Below are positions 1-10,068 of a stretch of 64,000 nucleotides of DNA, piece by piece. The translations under genes and the position numbers were made by a program. Below the pieces are notes generated by a model. The model saw only the letters and a list, made by a program, of their open reading frames with translations, was not told the origin of the DNA and did no database searches. Source of the stretch: a bacterium (GTDB lineage Bacteria > Electryoneota > Electryoneia > Electryoneales > Electryoneaceae); NCBI GenBank assembly GCA_043801585.1, contig JAZDLX010000200.1, positions 18,621 to 82,620 of the forward strand, read 5' to 3'. Position 1 is the first letter of the stretch; every line of letters starts with the position of its first letter.

Positions 1-1400
<1,400 letters not shown>

Positions 1401-1428
1401 AGAAGTCCCTTCACCAAGAGAGAGAAAT

Positions 1429-1453
1429 ACGGGGAACGCTGGGCGTTCCCCGT
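1429..1453. terminator. Hairpin between convergent guaB and rpsT (probable bidirectional terminator)
   Basis: 11-bp perfect stem ACGGGGAACGC/GCGTTCCCCGT. Confidence 0.7.
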
Positions 1454-1492
1454 TGTGTACCTTAAAGGATGTTGATCGGGCTTGAGAAGCGT

Positions 1493-1750
1493 TCAGCCCT
1501 GGCGGCTGCGCACGATATCAGCAAGACGGGATTTCTTGTCGGCTGCGCGGTTCTTATGGATAATTCCCTTGCCCGCGGCACGATCCAGTACTTTGACCGC
1601 AGTCGCATAGGCCTCGGTGGCCTTCTCGGAATTATCAGATTCGCGGACGGCACGGACAGCCTGCTTGATCTTCGCCCGGTACGCGCGATTTCGGCTGCGT
1701 TCACGGGCCGACGTCCGCATGCGCTTCTCGTTTGACTTATGCTGAGGCAT
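1493..1750 (-). CDS. rpsT: 30S ribosomal protein S20
   Basis: MPQHKSNEKRMRTS...LDRAAGKGIIHKNRAADKKSRL, 85 aa; C-terminal part of ORF 1493..2068. Confidence 0.96.
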   Translation of the reverse strand: MPQHKSNEKRMRTSARERSRNRAYRAKIKQAVRAVRESDNSEKATEAYATAVKVLDRAAGKGIIHKNRAADKKSRLADIVRSRQG

Positions 1751-1807
1751 GTTTTCAATCCACCTAACGACAATCGTTTCGTTTGTGACGCGCCAATATA
1801 GGCCAAG

Positions 1808-2593
1808 ATGAACAGTCAAGCAAGCAACAAAATCATGACTCTCGTGGAGCAGATGCTTGATTCCAAAAGCATTTGTGTGCTGACGGGAGCGGGAGTATCG
1901 AAAGAAAGCGGAGTGCCCACGTTTCGCGACGAGGACGGCCTCTGGAACAAGTTCCGTCCAGAAGAGCTGGCGAACGTTCAGGCGTTTCTCTCGAATCCGA
2001 AACTCGTCTGGGAATGGTACGACTGGCGGCGGAAACTGATGGCTGAAGTTTCTCCAAATCCAGGACATAAAGCTTTGGCAGAATTGGAATTACTATTTAC
2101 TCACTTCGTTTTAATCACGCAGAACGTCGATAACCTTCACCGCGAAGCGGGGAGCAGGGACATCATTGAACTTCATGGTAATATCCGTAGAAACAAATGT
2201 TTCGACTGTCATGTCGTATTCGAAACGGATTCCTCAGAATCAAACGATGAATTCACTTCGGGCGAATTGCCGAAATGCCTTGTCTGCGGCGGCAGACTCC
2301 GTCCGGATGTCGTCTGGTTCGGGGAGAACCTGCCCGAAGAGGCGCTGAATCGTGCGTGGAGTGAGTCAGAGAGGTGCGACATCTTCTTTTCCATCGGCAC
2401 CTCGGCTGTCGTCTATCCTGCTGCGGCCCTGCCACAGGTGGCAAAATCGTCAGGTGCGTTCCTCGTCGAAATCAATCCAAAGCCAACCGAATTGAGCTCT
2501 CTTGCGGACATCGTCTTCCAGGGAGCATCCGGAGAAATTCTGCCGAAAATCGTCGCTGCCCTGAAAGACAATCGGAGGGAGGAACAGCCATGA
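1808..2593 (+). CDS. cobB: NAD-dependent protein deacylase (class III sirtuin)
   Basis: TGAGVSKESGVPTFR, TQNVDNLH, ELHG, Zn CxxC pairs, RPDVVWFGE, GTSAVVYPAA; WYDWRR YxxR motif typical of desuccinylases. Confidence 0.95.
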   Translation: MNSQASNKIMTLVEQMLDSKSICVLTGAGVSKESGVPTFRDEDGLWNKFRPEELANVQAFLSNPKLVWEWYDWRRKLMAEVSPNPGHKALAELELLFTHFVLITQNVDNLHREAGSRDIIELHGNIRRNKCFDCHVVFETDSSESNDEFTSGELPKCLVCGGRLRPDVVWFGENLPEEALNRAWSESERCDIFFSIGTSAVVYPAAALPQVAKSSGAFLVEINPKPTELSSLADIVFQGASGEILPKIVAALKDNRREEQP

Positions 2594-4860
2594 TACGGCG
2601 TCGATCGAACCGCCTTTTCGCCGTTCTCATGGCCGCTGCATTGCTTTCAGCAGGGTGCGCCTATTTCAACTCCTTTTACAACACGAAAAAGTATTTCAAA
2701 GATGGAGAAAAGAAGCGGGGAAGTACCACCACACAGGCTGTGCGACCCCAGGAATACAATAAATCGATCGAGGCAGGTTCTCGCCTGATTGAATTCTACC
2801 CGGAGTCGAAATACATCGATGACACATTGTACCTGATGGGGCAATCCTATTACTGGTTGGGAGACTACCATAAAGCCCAGAGAAAATTCGAGGAGCTTCA
2901 GTCGAATTATCCCGAGAGCCCCTATTTCGACGACTCCCGTCTCTGGATGGGCAAGGTGTTTGTCAAGCTGAAGAAACGTCAGGAGGCGACGAATACACTC
3001 CGCGGATTGATGAGCGATACCCAGGACCCGCTGCTCGTTTCGGGCGCCCAATTTGCAATTGCTGAACTCTATTTCGATGATTCACTCTTCGTCAAGGCGG
3101 AGGAGCAGTTCCTTAAAGTCACCGAGCTACCCGGAAGCGATGATGTGATCGGCGAGGCGTACTGGAGAGCGGGGGACGCAGCGTTTCGTGAAGGGCGTTA
3201 CGAACAGGCCACGGAGTATTTGCGAAATGCGCTGAAGCACACCCTGTCGAAAAGCCTCGTCATCGAGGTTCGGTTGCTCTATGGAAAATCCCTGCTGAAA
3301 GCGGGACATCCCCAGAAAGCGTTGAACGAGTTTGATTCATTACTGAAAGATAAACGGTATTTCGAGTACCACGACCAGGTTCTTATCGAACGCGCCATCG
3401 CTCATCGTGAAATTGGAAAAAAGGACGAAGCGTGTGCGGAGTTGCAGTCAGTCATTGACAGCTCACCTCGGACGGAAGCGGCTGCCCAGAGCTACTACCT
3501 TCTTGGATTGTGGGCGCTGAAGGACGAAGGAGCGGGAAGGAACTCCCGCGGCTATCTGGAAAAGGCGAAAGTGGAGCGATCCCGTTCGTTCTATTCCATG
3601 AAAGCCGACACTCTGCTGAATCAAATAAATCAGGTGCAGAGGCTTAGCAACCGTCGTCTGCGACTCGACAGGAGAATTCAAATCCTGGAAAATTGGATTG
3701 CCGATCCGGTGAATCCGGCTGACACGACGGCCCTCATCAAGAAGCCGTATTACAGCAAGACGCTGTTCGACAGCCTGAAGATCATTCCGCTGCTCTCGAC
3801 TGCATACTCACCGGACACCTCATCCACTCAGGACAGCCTTGCACAGATCATGGTTTTCGACCCGAGATCCGTTCTCGATTCCCTTGCGTACGATCGAGTC
3901 GCGCTGCAAACGACCCGTTTTCATCTGGGAGAACTGTTGCTGTTTGACATGGGAGAGCAGGACAGCGCGTTAACGGTCTTCCGTGAATTGACACAGAGTT
4001 CGGGTATCGATTCTGTGCGTGCACGGGCGTGGTTGGCGATCGCCTACCTCCATAAAATGCGAGGCGAACAATCGCAGCATGATTCGTTGCTAACCAGGAT
4101 TGCAGAGGAGTATGCAACCACCCGGTTCGGCACCTTTGCGCTGAAAAAACTCGGCCGTGAGAACGAAACAAAAGAGCTCGTCAGACCGGATGAAGAGGCG
4201 TATCGAGAGGCTGTCTCCCTTTATGTGGATAAGGATCAGCGTCCAGAGGCCTATTCCCGATTTCGCTGGATTATCGACCGCTATCCCACCTCTCCGCTGG
4301 TCGTACCGTCCTATTACGCTGCCGCTTTTATCGCGGCACGGGACATGGGAGATATCGTCACCGCCGAGGAGCTGCTCAACCAGTTGGCGAAGGAGTACCC
4401 TGCGACCCTCCAGGGACAGCAGGCGAACCTGTTGCTGGCCAGTTTACAGGCAATACGGGACAAGGAAATGTCAGACAGCCTTGGCACCGGCATGGAAAAC
4501 AACAGCACCCTGTCCGAGGAGGAACTCGATCAGAAACCGGTCATGGTCGGTGGGCTGGAATCACTTTCGTCCGTACTCGATTCACGGGGATTGATGCCTC
4601 AGGAGGTTCTCAGGGGAGCGGGCGGTGATGTGCTTTTGCGTTACATTGTCCACGCCGACGGGAGTGCCAGCAATTTTCGCGTTGTCCTCGAAGATCCACC
4701 GGGCCGTGGATTGGCTCGCGCATTGATCAGTGGCCTCCAATTGATGGATTATGCGCCGGGTTTGAAAAATGGCAAAAAGGTGGATGCACGGGTTGAACAC
4801 CGCTTTTCGCTGCCCCTCGACGCACCACCTAACGTGAGACCGTTACCGAAGAGACGGTGA
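2590..4860 (+). CDS. TPR-repeat lipoprotein (BamD/YfiO-like N-terminus) with C-terminal TonB-C-like domain
   Basis: ATG overlaps cobB stop (ATGA); lipobox LSAG-C; repeated 'YPESxY' TPR hairpins; C-terminal GDVLLRYIVHADG...PGLKNGKKVDA. Confidence 0.75.
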   Translation: MIRRRSNRLFAVLMAAALLSAGCAYFNSFYNTKKYFKDGEKKRGSTTTQAVRPQEYNKSIEAGSRLIEFYPESKYIDDTLYLMGQSYYWLGDYHKAQRKFEELQSNYPESPYFDDSRLWMGKVFVKLKKRQEATNTLRGLMSDTQDPLLVSGAQFAIAELYFDDSLFVKAEEQFLKVTELPGSDDVIGEAYWRAGDAAFREGRYEQATEYLRNALKHTLSKSLVIEVRLLYGKSLLKAGHPQKALNEFDSLLKDKRYFEYHDQVLIERAIAHREIGKKDEACAELQSVIDSSPRTEAAAQSYYLLGLWALKDEGAGRNSRGYLEKAKVERSRSFYSMKADTLLNQINQVQRLSNRRLRLDRRIQILENWIADPVNPADTTALIKKPYYSKTLFDSLKIIPLLSTAYSPDTSSTQDSLAQIMVFDPRSVLDSLAYDRVALQTTRFHLGELLLFDMGEQDSALTVFRELTQSSGIDSVRARAWLAIAYLHKMRGEQSQHDSLLTRIAEEYATTRFGTFALKKLGRENETKELVRPDEEAYREAVSLYVDKDQRPEAYSRFRWIIDRYPTSPLVVPSYYAAAFIAARDMGDIVTAEELLNQLAKEYPATLQGQQANLLLASLQAIRDKEMSDSLGTGMENNSTLSEEELDQKPVMVGGLESLSSVLDSRGLMPQEVLRGAGGDVLLRYIVHADGSASNFRVVLEDPPGRGLARALISGLQLMDYAPGLKNGKKVDARVEHRFSLPLDAPPNVRPLPKRR

Positions 4861-5672
4861 GCGTGAAGACCCTCGAAAACGCTACAGTTGTGAGTCATCG
4901 CCAAATTCGGGAGAGGATCGTCTCGCTGTGGCTGCGTGCCCCCAGGATTGCCGGACGAGCGCACCCCGGCCAATTCGTCCACGTTCGTGTTTCACAGGCT
5001 TTCCAACCTCTTTTACGCCGTCCAATCAGTATCGGTCGAGTCCATGGAGATGAGCTGGAGCTCGTCTGGCGGATTGTCGGTGCCGGCACTGAAATCCTGG
5101 CGCGCGCTCAACCCGATGATGTTGTCGATCTGCTCGGACCGCTCGGACGGCCGTTCACGATTGATCCAAACGTGGACAAATCGTTGCTGGTTGGAGGCGG
5201 CCTCGGAGCCCCGCCCGTCGTCTATCTCTATGAACGTCTGAAATCGCTCGGGAAAGACGCCTCGTTAATCGTTGGCGCTCGATCCAGAGCGGACCTACCG
5301 CTCGCGGATGACGACCCCCTTTTGCGCGGAATCACCGTCGTCACCGAGGCGAAAGACAAGCATTTCCGGACGGGACTCGCAACAGAGCCTCTCATGGAAT
5401 TGCTATCGAAGCGGCGCAACGAAGGCGCCCTCGAACACACCGCGGTTTATTCCTGCGGGCCCTGGGGACTTGTCGGTGCACTCCAGAAAACAATTCCACG
5501 CGGCGATCTGAAAGTTGTGGAGGTCTCCCTGGAGCAGCAGATGGGTTGTGGCGTCGGGGTCTGCCAGGGGTGCGCGGTCGTCGCCGAGGGTGGGCCGACT
5601 CCGTACAGATTGACCTGTTCGGACGGACCGGTGTTCGATCTCTTTTCCGTGGAGGTGCCCGGTGTCCTTTAG
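4857..5672 (+). CDS. pyrK: Dihydroorotate dehydrogenase electron transfer subunit
   Basis: PGQF, LRRPISI, GPLG, GGGLG, [2Fe-2S] motif EQQMGCGVGVCQGC...CSDGPVF; adjacent to pyrD. Confidence 0.93.
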   Translation: MSVKTLENATVVSHRQIRERIVSLWLRAPRIAGRAHPGQFVHVRVSQAFQPLLRRPISIGRVHGDELELVWRIVGAGTEILARAQPDDVVDLLGPLGRPFTIDPNVDKSLLVGGGLGAPPVVYLYERLKSLGKDASLIVGARSRADLPLADDDPLLRGITVVTEAKDKHFRTGLATEPLMELLSKRRNEGALEHTAVYSCGPWGLVGALQKTIPRGDLKVVEVSLEQQMGCGVGVCQGCAVVAEGGPTPYRLTCSDGPVFDLFSVEVPGVL

Positions 5673-6606
5673 CCTGAAAACCACGGTTGGCTCCCTGACG
5701 ATGAACAGCCCGATCATAGCCGCGTCCGGTTGCTACGGGTACGGTATCGAATACAGGGATGTTGCTGATCCATCGCACCTCGGCGCATTTGTCACGAAGA
5801 GTATTTCACTGGAACAGTGGAAGGGAAATCCACCGCCACGGCTTGCGGAGGTCGGCCCCGGATTGATCAACAGCATTGGCCTCGCAAACATGGGCGTCGG
5901 CAACTTCCTGAAGGAAATAGGACCTCAACTGACGGAACTCGGCACAAAAGTGATTGTGTCGGTCGCCTGCAAGGTGATGGAAGAATACCCACAGGTGGTC
6001 GAACGCCTGGAGGAGTGCACGGCCATCGACGGGTACGAATTGAACATCAGTTGCCCGAACGTGAAAGAAGGGGGAATGGCTTTCAGCCAGAATCCGCGTA
6101 TCACGGAACAACTCGTTTCCACCGTGCGAAAAGTGACCGGCAAGTGGTTCACGTCGAAACTCACCCCGAACGTCGCCAGCGTGAAGGATGGCGCCCTGGC
6201 CGCTGAAGCGGGCGGCAGCAATGCCATCAGCCTGATCAACACTCTTGTGGGCATGGCGGTCGACTGGAGAACCAAACGCCCAAGGGTTGCGACAATCACC
6301 GGCGGATATTCCGGTCCGCCGATTAAACCCGTCGCCCTCGCCAAAGTCTGGGAAGCCTGCAATGCTGTCAAGATTCCTGTCATCGGCATCGGCGGTATTG
6401 TCTCCTGGACCGATGTGCTCGAATTCATGATCGTCGGGGCAACTGCAGTACAGGTCGGTACGGCGCTCTATGCGGATCCGCAGATACCGCAGAAATTGAA
6501 TGAGGAATTGACAAAATATGGGACTGAACATAGCTTGAGCTCGTTGTCCGAAATCGTTGGAAGTCTGAAGACGGATCGAGCAGCCATGGTTGGAGTCTCC
6601 AGTTGA
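5662..6606 (+). CDS. pyrD: Dihydroorotate dehydrogenase, class 1B catalytic subunit
   Basis: AASG, NSIGLAN, ELNISCPN, KLTPN, INT, GGYSG, IGIGGI, VQVGTA. Confidence 0.95.
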   Translation: MSFSLKTTVGSLTMNSPIIAASGCYGYGIEYRDVADPSHLGAFVTKSISLEQWKGNPPPRLAEVGPGLINSIGLANMGVGNFLKEIGPQLTELGTKVIVSVACKVMEEYPQVVERLEECTAIDGYELNISCPNVKEGGMAFSQNPRITEQLVSTVRKVTGKWFTSKLTPNVASVKDGALAAEAGGSNAISLINTLVGMAVDWRTKRPRVATITGGYSGPPIKPVALAKVWEACNAVKIPVIGIGGIVSWTDVLEFMIVGATAVQVGTALYADPQIPQKLNEELTKYGTEHSLSSLSEIVGSLKTDRAAMVGVSS

Positions 6607-7094
6607 TGGTGCGGATCGGTGCGATAATAAGGTACGCCGTTCTGGTTCTGATCGCTTTTAATGCGCTGATCGGACTGACTGCGTGTACTCCGGCTCCTGT
6701 CTATCGTGGAACCCGGACGGGTACAGCATCACCCCCGGCGACGAACAGACACTCGACGGGCCTCGAATCGGCCGAGAGTTTCCGCATTGGACAGGTTCTG
6801 GTTGGCGAAGCGAGTTTTTATGGCCCCGGATTTCACGGGAAACTGACCGCCAACGGCGAGACTTACAATCAGAACGACTTGACGTGTGCCCATAAAACCC
6901 TTCCCTTCAACACGAAATTGCGCGTTACCTTCATGCCAACCGGCAAAACGGTGGTCGTTCGGGTCAACGATCGCGGCCCGTACAAACGCGGACGTATCCT
7001 CGACTTGAGCGTTGAGGCGGCCCGGCGTCTTGGCATGTACGAGATCGGCACGGGCATCGTCCGAGCGCAGATTATCGCCCTGGGAGACATGTGA
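6606..7094 (+). CDS. rlpA: Septal ring lytic transglycosylase RlpA family lipoprotein (DPBB domain)
   Basis: Lipobox LTAC; GEASFYG, TANGE, AHKTLPF, VRVNDRGP, RILDLS. Confidence 0.92.
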   Translation: MVRIGAIIRYAVLVLIAFNALIGLTACTPAPVYRGTRTGTASPPATNRHSTGLESAESFRIGQVLVGEASFYGPGFHGKLTANGETYNQNDLTCAHKTLPFNTKLRVTFMPTGKTVVVRVNDRGPYKRGRILDLSVEAARRLGMYEIGTGIVRAQIIALGDM

Positions 7095-7915
7095 ACAACC
7101 TTTTCAAGCGAGTCCTCGTTGGGGCAATCGGCATTCCATTCGCTCTCGTTGTCATTTACTTCGGCGGATGGACGTTCACCATCGTGATTTCGATCATCGC
7201 GGCCGGCACCGCCTATGAATTGATCCGTGTCGCCAAACGAATTCCCATCGAAACCACCCCCTGGATTGCAGTGATCGCTTCCGCAGCCATGCCGGTCGTC
7301 AGCATGCTGTGGGGAGTGAGTGGGATGATGATTTTCTTTCTGCTGACCGTTCTCGTGCTCTCCATTTCATCGCTGCTGAAGTCTCCTGCCCAGGGATTCG
7401 CCGGCATCATGCTGAACGTTTTTACCGTGGTTTACAGCGGCATCCTGTTCAGTGCCATGATTCTTCTCCGCAATTCTGGAATTGAAAATGATGTCATCCG
7501 CGGTGGATGGCTGCTGCTCTTCGCCATGGCGGGCGTCTGGATTGCGGACTCCGCGGCTTTTTTCGTCGGATCGTATCTCGGCCGCCACCGTATGTCCCCG
7601 GTACTGTCACCGAACAAAACCTACGAGGGAACGATCTGCGGCATCCTTGCTGCTGTTGCCTGGGGTATCTGGGCGCCGATGATGCCGGAAGCATTTCTTG
7701 GCTTCGCCGACCGTGCCGTTCTTGGGGCTATCATCGGCGTGATGGCAGTGCTTGGGGATTTGACGGAATCGATGATCAAACGAGCAGTCAACCTGAAAGA
7801 TTCGAGTAATCTGTTTCCGGGACACGGCGGGATGCTGGATCGCTTTGACAGTCTGCTGATCGTGCTGCCGTCGGTGTATGTATACCTGGTGCTGCGGGGG
7901 ATTCTGACGATGTAG
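7091..7915 (+). CDS. cdsA: Phosphatidate cytidylyltransferase
   Basis: Multi-TM; SPNKTYEG, GDLTESMIKR, KDS...PGHGGMLDRFDS. Confidence 0.95.
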   Translation: MNNLFKRVLVGAIGIPFALVVIYFGGWTFTIVISIIAAGTAYELIRVAKRIPIETTPWIAVIASAAMPVVSMLWGVSGMMIFFLLTVLVLSISSLLKSPAQGFAGIMLNVFTVVYSGILFSAMILLRNSGIENDVIRGGWLLLFAMAGVWIADSAAFFVGSYLGRHRMSPVLSPNKTYEGTICGILAAVAWGIWAPMMPEAFLGFADRAVLGAIIGVMAVLGDLTESMIKRAVNLKDSSNLFPGHGGMLDRFDSLLIVLPSVYVYLVLRGILTM

Positions 7916-7924
7916 GGATTCTTC

Positions 7925-9415
7925 CTATCCCTGGATGATGACTTTGTTCTCACCCTCATTGAGTCCTTCAGCCTTCGAAACGACGCCTTCCGCCGGGATC
8001 TCGAGGACAAATTTCGCCCCACCCAACGCTTCTGACCGTTCCACCCAGGCATCTCCACCGTGCTGCTGCGCCACGCTCCGCACAATCGGAAGGCCAAGAC
8101 CGATCCCAGAGCTTTTTGTGGTTCGGTAAGGTTCGAAGATGGATTGACGATCCTGGTCCGGCACACCCGGACCGTTGTCCTCGACGATGAACCGAAGAGA
8201 GTCGTTCACCTGCGCAAGCGAAATTCTCACCGGGACGTTCTCGCCAGACGCCTGGAATGCGTTTTCCACCAGGTTGATCAACGCTCGTTTCAGCTTTTCA
8301 CGATCGACCGGAATCTCCATGTCCCCCGCGAGGAGAACACATTCTACCCGGCCCGGGTAGAGACCTGACAGCTCCTCGACGATCCGTGCGGGTGGGCACG
8401 GCGCGGTATCCAGCTGTGGCGCTCGGGCAAAATCGCTGAACTCACGGACCAGGCGGCGAAGGCTTTCCACTTCCTCATTGACAATCTCCCGTGTGGTTTG
8501 CAGCAGCCGTGCATACCGTTCATCGGATCCATCGTAGGAATCCGTTATCTGCTGCACCGAGAGCTGGATCGGTGTGAGTGGATTCTTGATTTCATGGGCG
8601 AGCACCCTGGCCAACTCTCGCCAGCCCGCCATTTTCTCCATGTCCGCCGCTCGTCTCCGGCTTTGTTCAAGACGGTCGATCATCAGGTTGAACGCCGAAG
8701 CCAACCGGCGCACTTCACCACCGCCTTCGACGCGGGCACGCAGATCGCTTCCCTCTCCGACGGCGTCCATAACATCGGCAAGCCGTTCGATACGGCGTGT
8801 CGCCGGCACAACAACGATCAGCGCCGCGCCAACAGCCAGTCCAACCACAACGAGGTGAGCCAACAGGTAGGTCAGGACGAGGCTCATCAGGAGACGGTTG
8901 CGATCGTAGCGACGCAAGGTCCATTGTGCTCGTGCGCTTTGGAGGTCCAACGCCTGTGTACGGATTTCATCGGAAACGTTGTGAGTCAGCCGCCATTCGT
9001 GTCCACGATACGTGGTATCCGAAGCCAGGACCTCCGGGATACCTCCAAATGCAGCTTCCTCTGTCTCTGCGGGAGCGGAAGGGACCCACTTCCCACCTTG
9101 ATAGTTGTACCAATCGGCGCCCTGTTTTGCGTAAAGAAACTCCCCGTCGGGCAGCCACAGGGAGCCGGGCGCGGATGCCGGGGGAGGGGACAGGGTATGA
9201 ATGGCTGAGTTCAAACGTCGATCCATGCCACTTCTGATTTCTGAGAGAAGGGTACGGGTCAGGAAAACGCCGGAGTCGAGGGCATCGGAAACCTGGGATG
9301 GGGCGAGACTCGAAGCGCTTACTTCGACCGCCGACTTTACCACAATCAGCATTGGAATCAGCGGCAGGATTCCGGCGAGAGCCAGTGCGATAATCAGGCG
9401 CCAGCGCAGTTTCAT
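7925..9415 (-). CDS. NtrY-like HAMP sensor histidine kinase
   Basis: Two TM segments, HAMP, H-box WRELARVLAHEIKNPLTPIQ, N-box NLVENA, DNGPG, GIGLGL; ATG overlaps the upstream stop. Confidence 0.9.
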   Translation of the reverse strand: MKLRWRLIIALALAGILPLIPMLIVVKSAVEVSASSLAPSQVSDALDSGVFLTRTLLSEIRSGMDRRLNSAIHTLSPPPASAPGSLWLPDGEFLYAKQGADWYNYQGGKWVPSAPAETEEAAFGGIPEVLASDTTYRGHEWRLTHNVSDEIRTQALDLQSARAQWTLRRYDRNRLLMSLVLTYLLAHLVVVGLAVGAALIVVVPATRRIERLADVMDAVGEGSDLRARVEGGGEVRRLASAFNLMIDRLEQSRRRAADMEKMAGWRELARVLAHEIKNPLTPIQLSVQQITDSYDGSDERYARLLQTTREIVNEEVESLRRLVREFSDFARAPQLDTAPCPPARIVEELSGLYPGRVECVLLAGDMEIPVDREKLKRALINLVENAFQASGENVPVRISLAQVNDSLRFIVEDNGPGVPDQDRQSIFEPYRTTKSSGIGLGLPIVRSVAQQHGGDAWVERSEALGGAKFVLEIPAEGVVSKAEGLNEGENKVIIQG

Positions 9416-10053
9416 GGCTGACTCCCGGCAGGAGAACGTTCCGGAAGCTTCGCTGTCGTCGACCACTTGCTCTTTTCTGTGCGTGAACGTCCCCTGCGGA
9501 ACAACCAGCCCGTGAGACCTTGCAGCTCTCGTTCCAGAGAGCCCACCTGTTTCGTCCCGTCTTCCGCCACATTAACCGGGTACGCTTCGACCTGGACGCG
9601 AACAAACCATTCTTCATTCCGGGGGATGTCCGCAGGATGGAGGATGAGAATCAGGTCGTTTCGGAACAGTTTATCCACCGTCGCCAGGCTTTTAATCGCC
9701 AACGCTCCGATCGGTGCAAGTACACGATAACGATCAGTCCACACGTTGTATTCGACTGTCACTTCCTGGTGAATGGTCTTGCTGAAACCGGTGCGGAAAA
9801 GTTGTATCTGAAAATCGAAACGGATCGGCACACCTGTTTGCAGGGTTCTTACATGGACGGTTGACAGGGGTGATTCAATCTTTGGATGGATGATGGCGAG
9901 GGAATCCTCCCAGAATGCTTCCACTCCCGCGATAGCGATTCCATTCTGTGCTTCAGCGGAATTCGCCAAAAAGAGCACGAGCAGGCTGCATGGAATCACC
10001 CACAGGATGACCCCGCGAAACGATATCGAGACTTTATCACTCAAACCTGCCAT
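9412..10053 (-). CDS. Exported DUF4390-like protein coupled to the kinase
   Basis: Signal peptide; 'LQTGVPIRFDF...VEYNVWTDRYRV' pattern; position upstream of an NtrY-like kinase. Confidence 0.6.
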   Translation of the reverse strand: MAGLSDKVSISFRGVILWVIPCSLLVLFLANSAEAQNGIAIAGVEAFWEDSLAIIHPKIESPLSTVHVRTLQTGVPIRFDFQIQLFRTGFSKTIHQEVTVEYNVWTDRYRVLAPIGALAIKSLATVDKLFRNDLILILHPADIPRNEEWFVRVQVEAYPVNVAEDGTKQVGSLERELQGLTGWLFRRGRSRTEKSKWSTTAKLPERSPAGSQP

Positions 10054-10068
10054 GCTGTCAAATCCGTT

